A model generated the notes under the pieces. That model did not search any database. It was not told the origin of the DNA and saw only the letters and a list, made by a program, of their open reading frames with translations. A stretch of 64,000 nt of DNA from Candidatus Binatia bacterium (lineage in GTDB: Bacteria > Desulfobacterota > Binatia > Bin18). The position numbers and the translations under genes are program-made. The DNA is taken from the NCBI GenBank assembly GCA_963667495.1, contig OY763426.1, positions 2,667,460 through 2,731,459 of the forward strand, given 5' to 3'. This document shows positions 20,244-29,603 of the stretch, piece by piece (the first letter of the stretch is position 1; each line of letters begins with the position of its first letter).

Positions 20244-21878
20244 ATGGCAAAAGTTGATGGTAATTCATTAGTTGTCAAATCGCTCAAAGACGAGGGCGTG
20301 GATACTGTTTTCTACATCACTGGCGGACCGATGGTCGATGTGGCCTCCAAATGTATTGAGATTGGGTTTAACTCGGTCGATGTGCGTCACGAGCAGGGGG
20401 CTTCCATGGCGGCCCATGCCTATAGTCGGGTGCTGGGCAAGCCGGGGGTGTGCTTTGCCGCCTCCGGCCCTGGTGTTACGAATCTGATCACCGGTGTGGG
20501 CAATGCCTATCTGGATGCCGTTCCAGTCGTTGCTCTGGGCGGAGCGAGTGCCATTTCCCAGGACGGCATGGGCGCGTTCCAGGAGATGGATCAGGTCGGC
20601 ATGTTCAAGCCGATCACCAAAATGTCCGAGCGGGTCAAAGACGCGCGTCGCATTCCGGAAATCATCAATAAAGCCTTTCGCGTGGCCACCAGCGGCCAGC
20701 CGGGTCCGGTCTATGTCGATCTGCCGGGTGATGTGCTCTACCGCGTGATTGAAGAAGAGGAGGCCACGTTTCCCAAGCGGCCCCATCAGGTCCCGCGGGT
20801 GGGCGGCGATCCGGCCCAGGTCAAGGAGGCGGTGGCGTTGCTGAAGGCGGCTGAGCGGCCCTTGGTGATTACCGGCACCGGTATCATCTGGTCGAGCGCG
20901 ATGCAGGAACTCCAGGAGTTTGTTGAAACGACCGGCATTCCCTTTTACACCACCCCACAGGGGCGTGGCGTCATTCCTGAGGATCATGCCCTGAGCTTTC
21001 TGGGCGCGCGCAACCGGGCCTGGAAAGAGGCCGATGTGGTGCTGGTTGTCGGTACGCGCTTCAATTTCATTCTGGGTTTTGGCCAGGCGCCGCGTTTTGC
21101 GGAAGATGTCAAGATGATTCAGGTCGATATCGCGGACGAAGAGATCGGCCGCAACCGCGCAGTTGATGTCGGGATCGTGGGTGACGCCAAGGTGGTCTTA
21201 CGCCAACTGATCGACGAGGCCAGCGACTCTTTCCAGGGCCGGGACGAACTGGCCTGGATCGATACGCTGCGCGGCTATGACCAACGCTCTCAGGAAAAGA
21301 TGAGCGCTATCATGCAGGCGGACACCTCGCCCATGCACCCTCTCCGCTTGTGCAAAGAGGTCCGTGACTTTATGGACCGCGATGCCATTATTGTCGTTGA
21401 CGGCCATGAAATTCTCAATTTTGCGCGCCAATCGGTGCCGACCAATGCTCCCGGCCACCGGGTCAACGCCGGCCCGAACGGCTGCATGGGCGTGGCCGTG
21501 CCGTTTGGACTCGGGGCAAAAGTGGCCAAACCGGACACCCAGGTCATTGTCCTCAGCGGGGACGGTTCGTTTGGTATGAACGGGATGGAAATCGACACCA
21601 TGGTCCGCAAGAACATCCCGGCCATTATCGTGATCAGTAATAACGGCGGTTGGGCCGGTGCGGGGGTGATGACCGCCGGACGCGACCTGGGTTTCAGCCG
21701 CTATGATGAGATGGCCAAGGTATTCGGGGCGCACGGCGAGTTTGTCGAACGGCCGGAAGATATTCGGCCGGCACTCGAACGCGCGGTCGCCTCGGGCAAG
21801 CCGGCAGTGGTCAACGTGGTGACCGACCCCAGCGCGCGGTCGTCAACCCAGTCGTTTGCCGCCTACCGGGCAATTTAA
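20244..21878 (+). CDS. ThDP-dependent enzyme, oxalyl-CoA decarboxylase / 2-hydroxyacyl-CoA lyase-like
   Basis: RHEQ, SGPGVTN, GPVYVDLP, GDGSFG...NNGGW ThDP motif. Confidence 0.8.
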   Translation: MAKVDGNSLVVKSLKDEGVDTVFYITGGPMVDVASKCIEIGFNSVDVRHEQGASMAAHAYSRVLGKPGVCFAASGPGVTNLITGVGNAYLDAVPVVALGGASAISQDGMGAFQEMDQVGMFKPITKMSERVKDARRIPEIINKAFRVATSGQPGPVYVDLPGDVLYRVIEEEEATFPKRPHQVPRVGGDPAQVKEAVALLKAAERPLVITGTGIIWSSAMQELQEFVETTGIPFYTTPQGRGVIPEDHALSFLGARNRAWKEADVVLVVGTRFNFILGFGQAPRFAEDVKMIQVDIADEEIGRNRAVDVGIVGDAKVVLRQLIDEASDSFQGRDELAWIDTLRGYDQRSQEKMSAIMQADTSPMHPLRLCKEVRDFMDRDAIIVVDGHEILNFARQSVPTNAPGHRVNAGPNGCMGVAVPFGLGAKVAKPDTQVIVLSGDGSFGMNGMEIDTMVRKNIPAIIVISNNGGWAGAGVMTAGRDLGFSRYDEMAKVFGAHGEFVERPEDIRPALERAVASGKPAVVNVVTDPSARSSTQSFAAYRAI

Positions 21879-21959
21879 CTCTCGGGTTCACTCTCGAGGT
21901 CAGAGGGCGGGCCGCTCAGGCCCGCCCTGGTCTGCACTCCCTGCCGGGACGGTCCGCAT

Positions 21960-22538
21960 ATGCCCGACATCGAAGAAATCTTGACCTTCTGGTTTGACGA
22001 AGTCCGGGACGAGCCATCCTATTTTGAAGAATACGCCCCGCGCTGGTTTGTTCAGAATGCCGACTTCGACCGGGAGATCGTCCGGCGCTTCCTGGCCGAT
22101 TATGAGCTGGCCGCTCAAGGTCAACTCACCCACTGGACGGAGACGGCGCGGGGCGGTGTGGCACTTATCCTGGTCCTGGATCAGTTTCCCCGCAATATGT
22201 TCCGCAACGACCCGCGCGCCTTTGCGACCGACCCGCTGGCACGGCAGATAGCAGAGCAAATGATCGACGCGGGGTTTGACCAGCAGTTGCGTCTGATCGA
22301 ACGCTATTTCGTGTACGTCCCGTTTATGCATAGCGAGGATCGTACACATCAGCAGCGCTCGGTCATGCTCTTTCAGCAGCTCGCCGAAGAGCGCGCCTAT
22401 TTTGATACCTCCTATGCGGTCAGACATCAGGAGGTGATTGAGCGCTTCGGTCGGTTTCCCCACCGCAACACCGTCCTGGGTCGGGTTTCGACACCGGCGG
22501 AGTTAGAGTTTCTTAAGCAGTTCGGCTCCTCATTCTAG
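21960..22538 (+). CDS. DUF924 family protein
   Basis: ILTFWF, LDQFPRNMFR, PFMHSED, IERFGRFPHRN. Confidence 0.9.
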   Translation: MPDIEEILTFWFDEVRDEPSYFEEYAPRWFVQNADFDREIVRRFLADYELAAQGQLTHWTETARGGVALILVLDQFPRNMFRNDPRAFATDPLARQIAEQMIDAGFDQQLRLIERYFVYVPFMHSEDRTHQQRSVMLFQQLAEERAYFDTSYAVRHQEVIERFGRFPHRNTVLGRVSTPAELEFLKQFGSSF

Positions 22539-22650
22539 GCTGTTGCCTTCCTTGGCGTCTCTGCCGGATACGGGGTGTAGCCTTTTCTCCGCAGGCTGGA
22601 TATCCTGCCCCTCCGTATTCATAAATAGTCATCGTGAGGAGTTGAAACGC

Positions 22651-23646
22651 ATGGGGGAAGCCATACACGCGATTGTCATCAACAGGGTTGAGAAAAAAAT
22701 TTCGTCCGAACTGAAAGAAATTACGCTGGACGACCTGCCGGCGGGGGACGTAACCGTCAATGTCGCCTATTCCACGCTGAACTACAAAGACGGCTTGGCC
22801 GTCACCGGGACCGCGCCCATTGCGCGCACCTACCCCATGATTGGCGGGATCGACTTGGCCGGGACGGTCGAGGCGTCGAGTTCGCCCGCCTATCAGCCTG
22901 GAGATAGGGTCTTGATCACCGGCTGGGAACTCAGCATGAGCCACGGCGGTGGCTATGCCCAGAAACAGCGGGTCAAGTCTGAATGGCTGACGCGCGTGCC
23001 TGACGCCTTCAGCCTCAAACAAGCCATGGCCGTGGGCACGGCCGGCTATACTGCCATGCTCTGTATCCTGGACCTGGAGCGCATGGGCGTAACACCCGGA
23101 GAGAAAGAGGTGATTGTGACCGGGGCCGCGGGCGGCGTCGGTAGCGTAGCGGTCGCCGTGCTATCCCAGCTTGGTTACAAAGTGGCGGCATCAACCGGAC
23201 GACCGGAACTGAGCGACTATCTCACCGGTCTGGGCGCCTCGACTATTGTTGAACGGGCAGAACTCGCCGAGCCCTCAGGCCGCCCGCTGGACGCCGAACG
23301 CTGGGCGGGTGGTGTCGATTCCGTGGGTGGACAGACCTTGGCCTCGGTCCTGCGGGGAACCTGTTACGGCGGGTCGGTGGCGGCCTGTGGTCTGGCCGGG
23401 GGGGCTGATCTGCCGACCTCGGTTCTGCCATTCATTCTGCGGAACGTCAGTTTGATCGGGGTGGACTCCGTAATGTGTCCCAACCCCAAACGGCAAACGG
23501 CCTGGGACCGTCTCGCCCAGGACCTGCCGCTGGAAAGGCTGGACGCCATGACTGTGGTGGAGCCCATGTCAAAAGTGTTGGAGCTGGCTCCGCAGATTTT
23601 ACGCGGACAGGTCCGTGGCCGCGTGGTCATTGATGTGAATGCCTGA
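22651..23646 (+). CDS. acuI: MDR-family oxidoreductase, YhdH/AcuI (acryloyl-CoA reductase)-like
   Basis: YSTLNYKDGLA, GIDLAG, GTAGYTA, TGAAGGVGS, PFILRNV, GVDSV. Confidence 0.8.
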   Translation: MGEAIHAIVINRVEKKISSELKEITLDDLPAGDVTVNVAYSTLNYKDGLAVTGTAPIARTYPMIGGIDLAGTVEASSSPAYQPGDRVLITGWELSMSHGGGYAQKQRVKSEWLTRVPDAFSLKQAMAVGTAGYTAMLCILDLERMGVTPGEKEVIVTGAAGGVGSVAVAVLSQLGYKVAASTGRPELSDYLTGLGASTIVERAELAEPSGRPLDAERWAGGVDSVGGQTLASVLRGTCYGGSVAACGLAGGADLPTSVLPFILRNVSLIGVDSVMCPNPKRQTAWDRLAQDLPLERLDAMTVVEPMSKVLELAPQILRGQVRGRVVIDVNA

Positions 23647-23669
23647 GTTCGACGGGAAAAGGTAGTAAC

Positions 23670-24176
23670 TTGGCCGTGACTGGTACGAACAACGGCGGCG
23701 CCGAAGAACATCTCAGCCTGCCAGCCCGCGACCTCCACTTCCCCACCAACCGCTCCATGGGAGAGCTATTCATCCGGGATGGAGTGCATCGCGCGGACGA
23801 CTATGCCTTCTGGGAGCCGATTGGTCGGGCGCAGGGGAGTTTTTCCATTCCTGCCGGCAAAGAACTCCGGCTCAACGTCAACCCGCAGGCGTCTACCGAT
23901 CTTTCGCCATTTCGCGCCATTCCCGCGCACGCCATTCAATACCTGCAACTCTCGGCCTCGCGGATAAATAATGACAGCCTGGCCCATCTGGCCCACCTGA
24001 CCGGGCTGCGCGTGCTGTGGCTATACGATACACGCATCAGTGACGCCGGCCTGGTCCATCTGCAAAGCCTGAGCGGGCTGCGAGTGCTCAATCTGCGCAG
24101 CACGCTGGCCAGTCGCGGTGGCATCGACGCGCTTCAGGCAAAGCTGCCCAAGTGCGAGTTTCGCCGGCCGTGGTAA
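23670..24176 (+). CDS. Small leucine-rich-repeat protein
   Basis: 24-residue LRR units LxxLxLxxTxISDAGLxHL; ends in LPKCEF. Confidence 0.7.
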   Translation: MAVTGTNNGGAEEHLSLPARDLHFPTNRSMGELFIRDGVHRADDYAFWEPIGRAQGSFSIPAGKELRLNVNPQASTDLSPFRAIPAHAIQYLQLSASRINNDSLAHLAHLTGLRVLWLYDTRISDAGLVHLQSLSGLRVLNLRSTLASRGGIDALQAKLPKCEFRRPW

Positions 24177-24237
24177 AGGGGAGGCCCTTTGTCGGATTAC
24201 GCTACGCTAATCCGACCTGTGTTTTCGTCCAACCGAC

Positions 24238-24696
24238 CTAGGATTGTTCCATCTCAACCAACTCCAGCACGGTTCCGTCCGGGTCTTTGAAACACACAAA
24301 GCGCGCACTCGGCGCGTCAGGGGGATCGAGCAGGACGGGCTCGGAGATAAATTCGACTCCGTGCTCTTTCAGGGTTTGGACATCGGCATCAAGATTCGCG
24401 CTGAGCAGAGCAATCCGAGCGATACCGAGGTGGTAGAGATGCGGGTACGGCGGGTCGTTGTCTCGGGGCTCTTTCCATTCCAGGAGATCGATAAGCGGTG
24501 TGGTGGGTGAGCCCTCTAACTGGAGCAAGGCACCCCGTACCAGATACGGTGGCATGCCGACCGCAGCCGCCACTTCCGGGGTGTTCCGCTCCGGCACTTC
24601 CCACATGACCTTGAACCCGAGCAGTTCGTAAAACTGACGCGAACGCTCATAATCACGACAGTTGACATTGACGTGCATCATTCCCGAGATGTGCAT
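24238..24696 (-). CDS. VOC / glyoxalase family protein
   Basis: HVNVNCRDYERSRQFYELLGF, FKDPDGTVLELVE; start at MHISG. Confidence 0.88.
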   Translation of the reverse strand: MHISGMMHVNVNCRDYERSRQFYELLGFKVMWEVPERNTPEVAAAVGMPPYLVRGALLQLEGSPTTPLIDLLEWKEPRDNDPPYPHLYHLGIARIALLSANLDADVQTLKEHGVEFISEPVLLDPPDAPSARFVCFKDPDGTVLELVEMEQS

Positions 24697-24799
24697 AACA
24701 GTCTCCCCGCTCCATGGGGCGTCTTTCGAGGACAATGGTCTGTATGAAAAAGAGGATAGCTCTCGGAAACCAAGTCGGGCTTCCGAGAGTAGAGAGAAC

Positions 24800-25621
24800 T
24801 TACTTGCCGGTATAGCCGGGGTTGGTGGGGTTATCGAGCCAGTCGCGCCGTTTCTCGTACGGTAGATCAATATAGGTCTGCATGGCCAGCAGGCCGTCGT
24901 CGGACAGCATGGTCTCCAGAAAGGCCGAGCCTTCAATGTCGAGCCCGGCGGCGAGGTGGGTATCGTTGCCGGCGTAGACCGAGTGCTTGGCGCGGGCGAC
25001 GGCAATCGGCGGGAAATTCGCAATCTCGCGGGCGATTTCCGTGGCGCGGGCGCGCGCGTCGTCGGCCACTTCGTGGACCAGGCCGAAATGGAGCGCCTCG
25101 TCGGGCGGGACGACACGAGAGCGAATCACGAACTCAAGCGCACGCCCGATTCCGATCAGCCGCGATAGGCGCTGGGTGCCGCTGCCGCCGGGAAGAATGC
25201 CGAGTTTGACTTCCGGAAACCCATATCGATAGTCACCCTTCTGGCCGATCCGCAGGTCGCACGACAGGCTGAGTTCAAACCCCCCGCCCATGGTGTCTCC
25301 GTTCATGGCAACGATAATCGCCTTGGGCAGCTCGCTCAAATTCTTCAGCATGGCATGATAGGCCGCGGTGAGTGAGGTGCCGGCCTGACGCATGGCTTCC
25401 CGGTCCTTGGCCAAATCAACCAGTTCTTCCACGCTGTAATGGGTAATGAACTTGCCTTCCATCGCGCCGGTCAACACGACGGCCCGGATAGCAGGGTCGC
25501 GCCAGTCCTCAATCAGCTTCCACAATTCTTGGGTGCCTTCCGCGCAGAAATAATTCATCGGCGGGTTATGGTATTTTGCGATTACGACCCCGTCGCTCTG
25601 TTCAGTCTGCCAATAGCTCAT
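24800..25621 (-). CDS. Enoyl-CoA hydratase/isomerase family protein
   Basis: NPPMN, MGGGFELSLSCDLR, FPEVKLGILPGGSGTQRLSR. Confidence 0.88.
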   Translation of the reverse strand: MSYWQTEQSDGVVIAKYHNPPMNYFCAEGTQELWKLIEDWRDPAIRAVVLTGAMEGKFITHYSVEELVDLAKDREAMRQAGTSLTAAYHAMLKNLSELPKAIIVAMNGDTMGGGFELSLSCDLRIGQKGDYRYGFPEVKLGILPGGSGTQRLSRLIGIGRALEFVIRSRVVPPDEALHFGLVHEVADDARARATEIAREIANFPPIAVARAKHSVYAGNDTHLAAGLDIEGSAFLETMLSDDGLLAMQTYIDLPYEKRRDWLDNPTNPGYTGK

Positions 25622-25657
25622 ATGCGTGTCCTCTTCTCTGTCTAAACTAGCCACTTG

Positions 25658-25702
25658 GAAACCCACCCCGGCGCTTACGCGCCACCCCTCCGAGGAGGGG
25701 AT
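25658..25702 (+). repeat. Dispersed two-hairpin (REP-like) element, copy 2
   Basis: GAAACCCACCCCGGCGCTTACGCGCCACCCCTCCGAGGAGGGGAT; same stems as copy 1, different loops. Confidence 0.7.
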
Positions 25703-25712
25703 GGGGGAAGGG

Positions 25713-25744
25713 AAAAAAAGAGCCCACCGGGGTGCGATGGGCTC
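25713..25744 (-). terminator. Intrinsic terminator downstream of the small CGPC protein
   Basis: GAGCCCA/TGGGCTC stem followed by T7 on the minus strand. Confidence 0.65.
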
Positions 25745-25786
25745 GTATGCTGTATCAACGCGAGTATCGCTGGTCAGCGCCGGCGC

Positions 25787-25993
25787 TTAGCGGTCTGCCT
25801 TTCGGGACTTAATTGTGACGATCTTTTTCTCGGCGTCCTGAGCGGTTTCCCAGGCATCGTGCTTGGTAGCACAGCACATCAGCACCCTGGCCAGGGTGTC
25901 TTTATGCTCGACGCCAGTCTCGTCCTGACAGGGACCACAGGACCAGAGATCCTCTTTAATGTCGCTAATTTCTCCACCAATCACTTGTGGCAT
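25787..25993 (-). CDS. Hypothetical 68-aa Cys-rich protein (CGPC, CC)
   Basis: AGGAGG RBS about 5 nt before the ATG, upstream TATAAT, own terminator; no opposite-strand gene occupies the space. Confidence 0.65.
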   Translation of the reverse strand: MPQVIGGEISDIKEDLWSCGPCQDETGVEHKDTLARVLMCCATKHDAWETAQDAEKKIVTIKSRKADR

Positions 25994-26033
25994 AGTCACC
26001 TCCTGTTTTTTCTTTTCTTATAGCGCAAGAGCT

Positions 26034-26039
26034 ATTATA
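26034..26039 (-). promoter_or_regulatory. Putative -10 box (TATAAT) for the small Cys-rich gene
   Basis: Perfect TATAAT about 40 nt upstream of the ATG; no convincing -35 at 17-bp spacing. Confidence 0.35.
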
Positions 26040-26115
26040 AGGTCCAGGGGTTGATATCCAGGCAAGGCCGTGCAACTCAATACGCAGAGACATATCCACA
26101 AAGGAGGATGCCAGA

Positions 26116-26412
26116 ATGGGTACAACGGTCGTTCTGCTGGAAGTACAGGTCAAACCTGAATGCGTGCAAGAGGTGAAAGACTATCTGAAAGAGGCATTAC
26201 CGGATACGCGCGCCTACGACGGCTGCCAGAGTATTGATATCTACGGCAATCTCGACGAGTCGAACAACCTCGTGTTCTACGAACGCTGGGATTCCCGCGA
26301 GCACTATCAGAAATATCTGAATTGGCGGACCGAGAGAGGCGATTTTGAGAACCTCAGCTCAAAGTTGGCCAGTCCGGCGAGTATTCGGTATTACGACCGC
26401 ATTGATGTGTAG
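26116..26412 (+). CDS. ABM / putative quinol monooxygenase family protein
   Basis: TRAYDGC, FYERWDSREHYQKYLNWR; AAGGAGG RBS. Confidence 0.85.
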   Translation: MGTTVVLLEVQVKPECVQEVKDYLKEALPDTRAYDGCQSIDIYGNLDESNNLVFYERWDSREHYQKYLNWRTERGDFENLSSKLASPASIRYYDRIDV

Positions 26413-26443
26413 CGCGCTCCGCTCTGATCTGGGATTTTGAGAC

Positions 26444-26468
26444 AGGCCGGCTTTGCCGGCCTTTTTTT
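26444..26468 (+). terminator. Intrinsic terminator after the ABM gene (left of the accessory block)
   Basis: AGGCCGGC-TTT-GCCGGCCT hairpin followed by a T run. Confidence 0.75.
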
Positions 26469-26573
26469 GTTCGGCCAAACGAGGGGCTGGTCAGAACTCG
26501 CTCTGTCTTCAGCTTCAGTATATTAAAGTCAAAGTAGCGAGAACGCCCAGTAGATTGCGGGGTAGAGGAGAAG

Positions 26574-28664
26574 ATGAACGAACGTAAGATGGAGAAGGAT
26601 TTTACGGCTGCTCGTAGAGAGATTGAGCGTGTTATCAAAGAATTCCAACAACTCATGAACGGAGAGGTCAGTCTCGACCCGAGTCTGGAGGATATCTTCG
26701 GAGAATTGACCCACATCGAAGAGATGTGGAGGGAGAAGAGCTTTCAGGTCGCGGTTCTGGCTCTTGTAAAATCGGGTAAATCCACTTTGATTAACGCCCT
26801 GCTCGGGTCTGAATGTCTGCCTTCTTCAAACACCCCGGAAACCGCACGAATTGTTCGCATTCGTCATGAACCGGCGGTGGATGAGCCCGTCCTTGAAAAG
26901 GCCAGCGTTCAAATTGCTACCGGCGTTGCGGACATCCGAACTGAACTCCGATCACTGAACGCCTCTCAGCGGAAAGCAGACTCTACTCCTGCCGAGGGTG
27001 AACTGACCCTCTCTGCTCCCATCGTGTGTCTTGCCGGACGGTCTTTGGGAGAACAGAGATTCGAAGTTCTGGATACGCCGGGACCGAACGAGGCCGGCGC
27101 CGACATCTTGCGTGCACGGGTCGATAGCCTCCTAGGCAAAGCGGATGTGATCATCTATCTGCTCGACTACACGAAGCTGAAAACGGAAGAAGAAAAGTGG
27201 CTCTTCACCCGCCTCTCTTCGATGCGGCCCGAGTTGCTGAAGCAATGCTCGGAACGTTTGTTTTTCGTCGTCAACAAGATTGACCTGCAAAATAGGTCGG
27301 GGCTCTCCCAAGGGGAAACTCGTGACTACGTCGCATACCTCCTATCGGAGCAGGTCCCAGGTCTCACGATCTTACCGGAGCGCGTGCTTCTTGCGTCCGC
27401 CGAGCAAGGCTTGCTCGCTCGTATTGTGGAGAGTGGACAGGCTGATGACGGAGTGAGGCGTGACTTCGCCAAGCGCGTCTTCGGCCTTGATGGTAAAGAC
27501 AAGACGATTGAGCAATGTCAGTCTGCCGCACGAGAGTTGCTGAACGAGAGCAAACTCGGATCTCTGGAGGAGAATATCATTTCGTTCATCTATAAAAACC
27601 GTGAACGGGTGTTCCTCCAAAGCGTTGTCGAACGTTTGGATAATTTCCACGCGGAGTTCGACAACCGTCTTTGTGTGCTGTCAGAATCCCTCAATGAGCA
27701 CATCGACGTTCTCGCACAGAAATGTCGCGAGCTTGAGAAGAATCTAAAAGTTACGGACAGAGAATTCGCCGAGATTCGTTCTGATGCGGATAAAGTCACC
27801 GAGCGGGTAAAACAGTCAGTACAAGAACAGTTTTTGAATTTCAAAAATGTTGTCGTACAAGAGTTGGACAAGGCTAAGGAACAAAAGCCATCACGCTGGA
27901 AGCTTGTGAATGATCTCCTCGGCCGAGATAGCGGTCCGGTACAGGATGAAAAAACTGCGGAGGAACAATTAGAGGTAGCCCATAAGACAATTGAAGAAGC
28001 GCTACGTACAGAGTTTGAAATTTTCTATGCCAAGCTCAAACAAGAAGCGTGGGAAGAGCAAAAAAAGTTGTTTGAAGGGATCGAGTCTAGGTTACAACCC
28101 TTGGTCCGGCACACTGAGGAAGTAGTTGGCGACAGGCTTAATATTTTCTTGAACCCGGTACGAATAGAAATCCCGATACCGTCCATTGATGAATTTGGAA
28201 ACCAGATTCAGGAACGGATAGATATTATTCAGACCAAAACAGACCGAGAAACTCGTCAGGCTCGTAAGAGGGTTAAGGTGAAGGATGAGGGGTGGTGTAC
28301 CGATGCTCAGTACGAAGAGCGACGGTACGAAGAGACGCGCGAAGTGGATAAATACGTAGTGAACCGCGCCGCCTTACTCAAATTTTGGAATGCTCGTATC
28401 GAGAATATGACGAAAGCGTCAGTAAGGACGGCCGCTATAATCATTAAGCGAGAGATTGGGGACGCAACCAGATCGGCACGTTCAAAAATCGAGCGATATC
28501 GTGACCACTATGTACAAACAATGCACCGCTCACTCAAAATCGCTGAACGGGGCGAGGCGGCGCGAGAAAAAAGACTTGAAGAGGTGCAAACAGCTTCCGA
28601 AGAACTTCTCAAATTGAAATATGCAATTGAGAAATGCAGAGAGTTTCTGGAGGCTGAGGTATGA
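26574..28664 (+). CDS. Dynamin-like GTPase, CrfC/RdcA(YjdA)-like
   Basis: G1 ALVKSGKST, G2 LPSSNTPET, G3 DTPGPNEAG, LDYTKLK, G4 NKID, long helical C-terminal stalk; the DTPGPNEAG...LDYT signature recalls E. coli CrfC. Confidence 0.82.
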   Translation: MNERKMEKDFTAARREIERVIKEFQQLMNGEVSLDPSLEDIFGELTHIEEMWREKSFQVAVLALVKSGKSTLINALLGSECLPSSNTPETARIVRIRHEPAVDEPVLEKASVQIATGVADIRTELRSLNASQRKADSTPAEGELTLSAPIVCLAGRSLGEQRFEVLDTPGPNEAGADILRARVDSLLGKADVIIYLLDYTKLKTEEEKWLFTRLSSMRPELLKQCSERLFFVVNKIDLQNRSGLSQGETRDYVAYLLSEQVPGLTILPERVLLASAEQGLLARIVESGQADDGVRRDFAKRVFGLDGKDKTIEQCQSAARELLNESKLGSLEENIISFIYKNRERVFLQSVVERLDNFHAEFDNRLCVLSESLNEHIDVLAQKCRELEKNLKVTDREFAEIRSDADKVTERVKQSVQEQFLNFKNVVVQELDKAKEQKPSRWKLVNDLLGRDSGPVQDEKTAEEQLEVAHKTIEEALRTEFEIFYAKLKQEAWEEQKKLFEGIESRLQPLVRHTEEVVGDRLNIFLNPVRIEIPIPSIDEFGNQIQERIDIIQTKTDRETRQARKRVKVKDEGWCTDAQYEERRYEETREVDKYVVNRAALLKFWNARIENMTKASVRTAAIIIKREIGDATRSARSKIERYRDHYVQTMHRSLKIAERGEAAREKRLEEVQTASEELLKLKYAIEKCREFLEAEV

Positions 28665-29599
28665 CAGGCGACACTTCTTCTATAGCACACGACCTCCTTG
28701 GGACCGATGCTGACGCATATCCGTTACTTGCAGAGCGGATCGCGATTGACACGACCAATATTCTACGCAGTGCCGAAGCTGGACTGCGCGGTTTCCGGCG
28801 GCGCCCTTTGCTGCGTCGCCTCTGGAGTGGGCTACACAGCCACGGCCAAGAATTACAGGCCGCCATCGGTCAAGACCTTATCGCCGCCCAGCGTGCAACC
28901 TTGTCGCTTGTCCAGGAGGTGATGAAAGAAGAATCGCGGACTCAGTAGTGTGTTAACAAGGTCCTGGCAAATCTCCACGCCGTAAATCGTGATGTCGATG
29001 AATTATTGTGTCAACTGGAGGATATTCGGGCCGAGTTCTACTCAGCGATTAGTATGGAGACCGAGCGCCTCACTGCTGAAATCGACGCGGCCCGAAGACA
29101 TATTGACAGGGAGGCGAACGTGCGTCGGCTGACGGAGCGTTACCGCGTCGGCGATCTCAGCACTGGACCCGGCGAAATCCTTGGCGCTGCGCTCTACATG
29201 GCGTCCATTGCCTGGAACTATTGGGATGAGCCGGCCAGTCGATATGAAGAGGAGTGGAAGGCAGCGGATGCCGTAGTGCGTCAGAGACTTGGCTCCCGAC
29301 CACGTCGTATTGCGGAAGCTCTACTTGAAGCCGCAGAGACAGTCTCCGCGGACTTCATCGAGCCCGTGCTCTATCTGGCTGAATCTGCCACGGGCGTGCT
29401 CCGCGTCACCGGAATGCTGACGGAGCGACGCGCGGCGAATTTACTCGTTCAAGAGAAGAACGCGGAGGAGGCGGTATCAATCGTCACTGCTCTCTCTGAT
29501 CCGGACAAGCAACTTGAGTCTCTTCTTGTCCGGGATATCGAACTCGTGAAGTCCGTCGCTCGGGAGCTTTCGCCTGCTGCTCGCGAGCAAGTGGAGTAG
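28661..29599 (+). pseudogene. Helical dynamin partner (RdcB/YjcZ-like) interrupted by an in-frame TAG at 28946-28948
   Basis: ORFs 28661-28948 and 29006-29599 are in the same frame, separated by a single stop (SRTQ*CVNKV); ATGA overlap with the dynamin; family call from position and helical pattern only. Confidence 0.55.
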
Positions 29600-29603
29600 C
29601 GTT

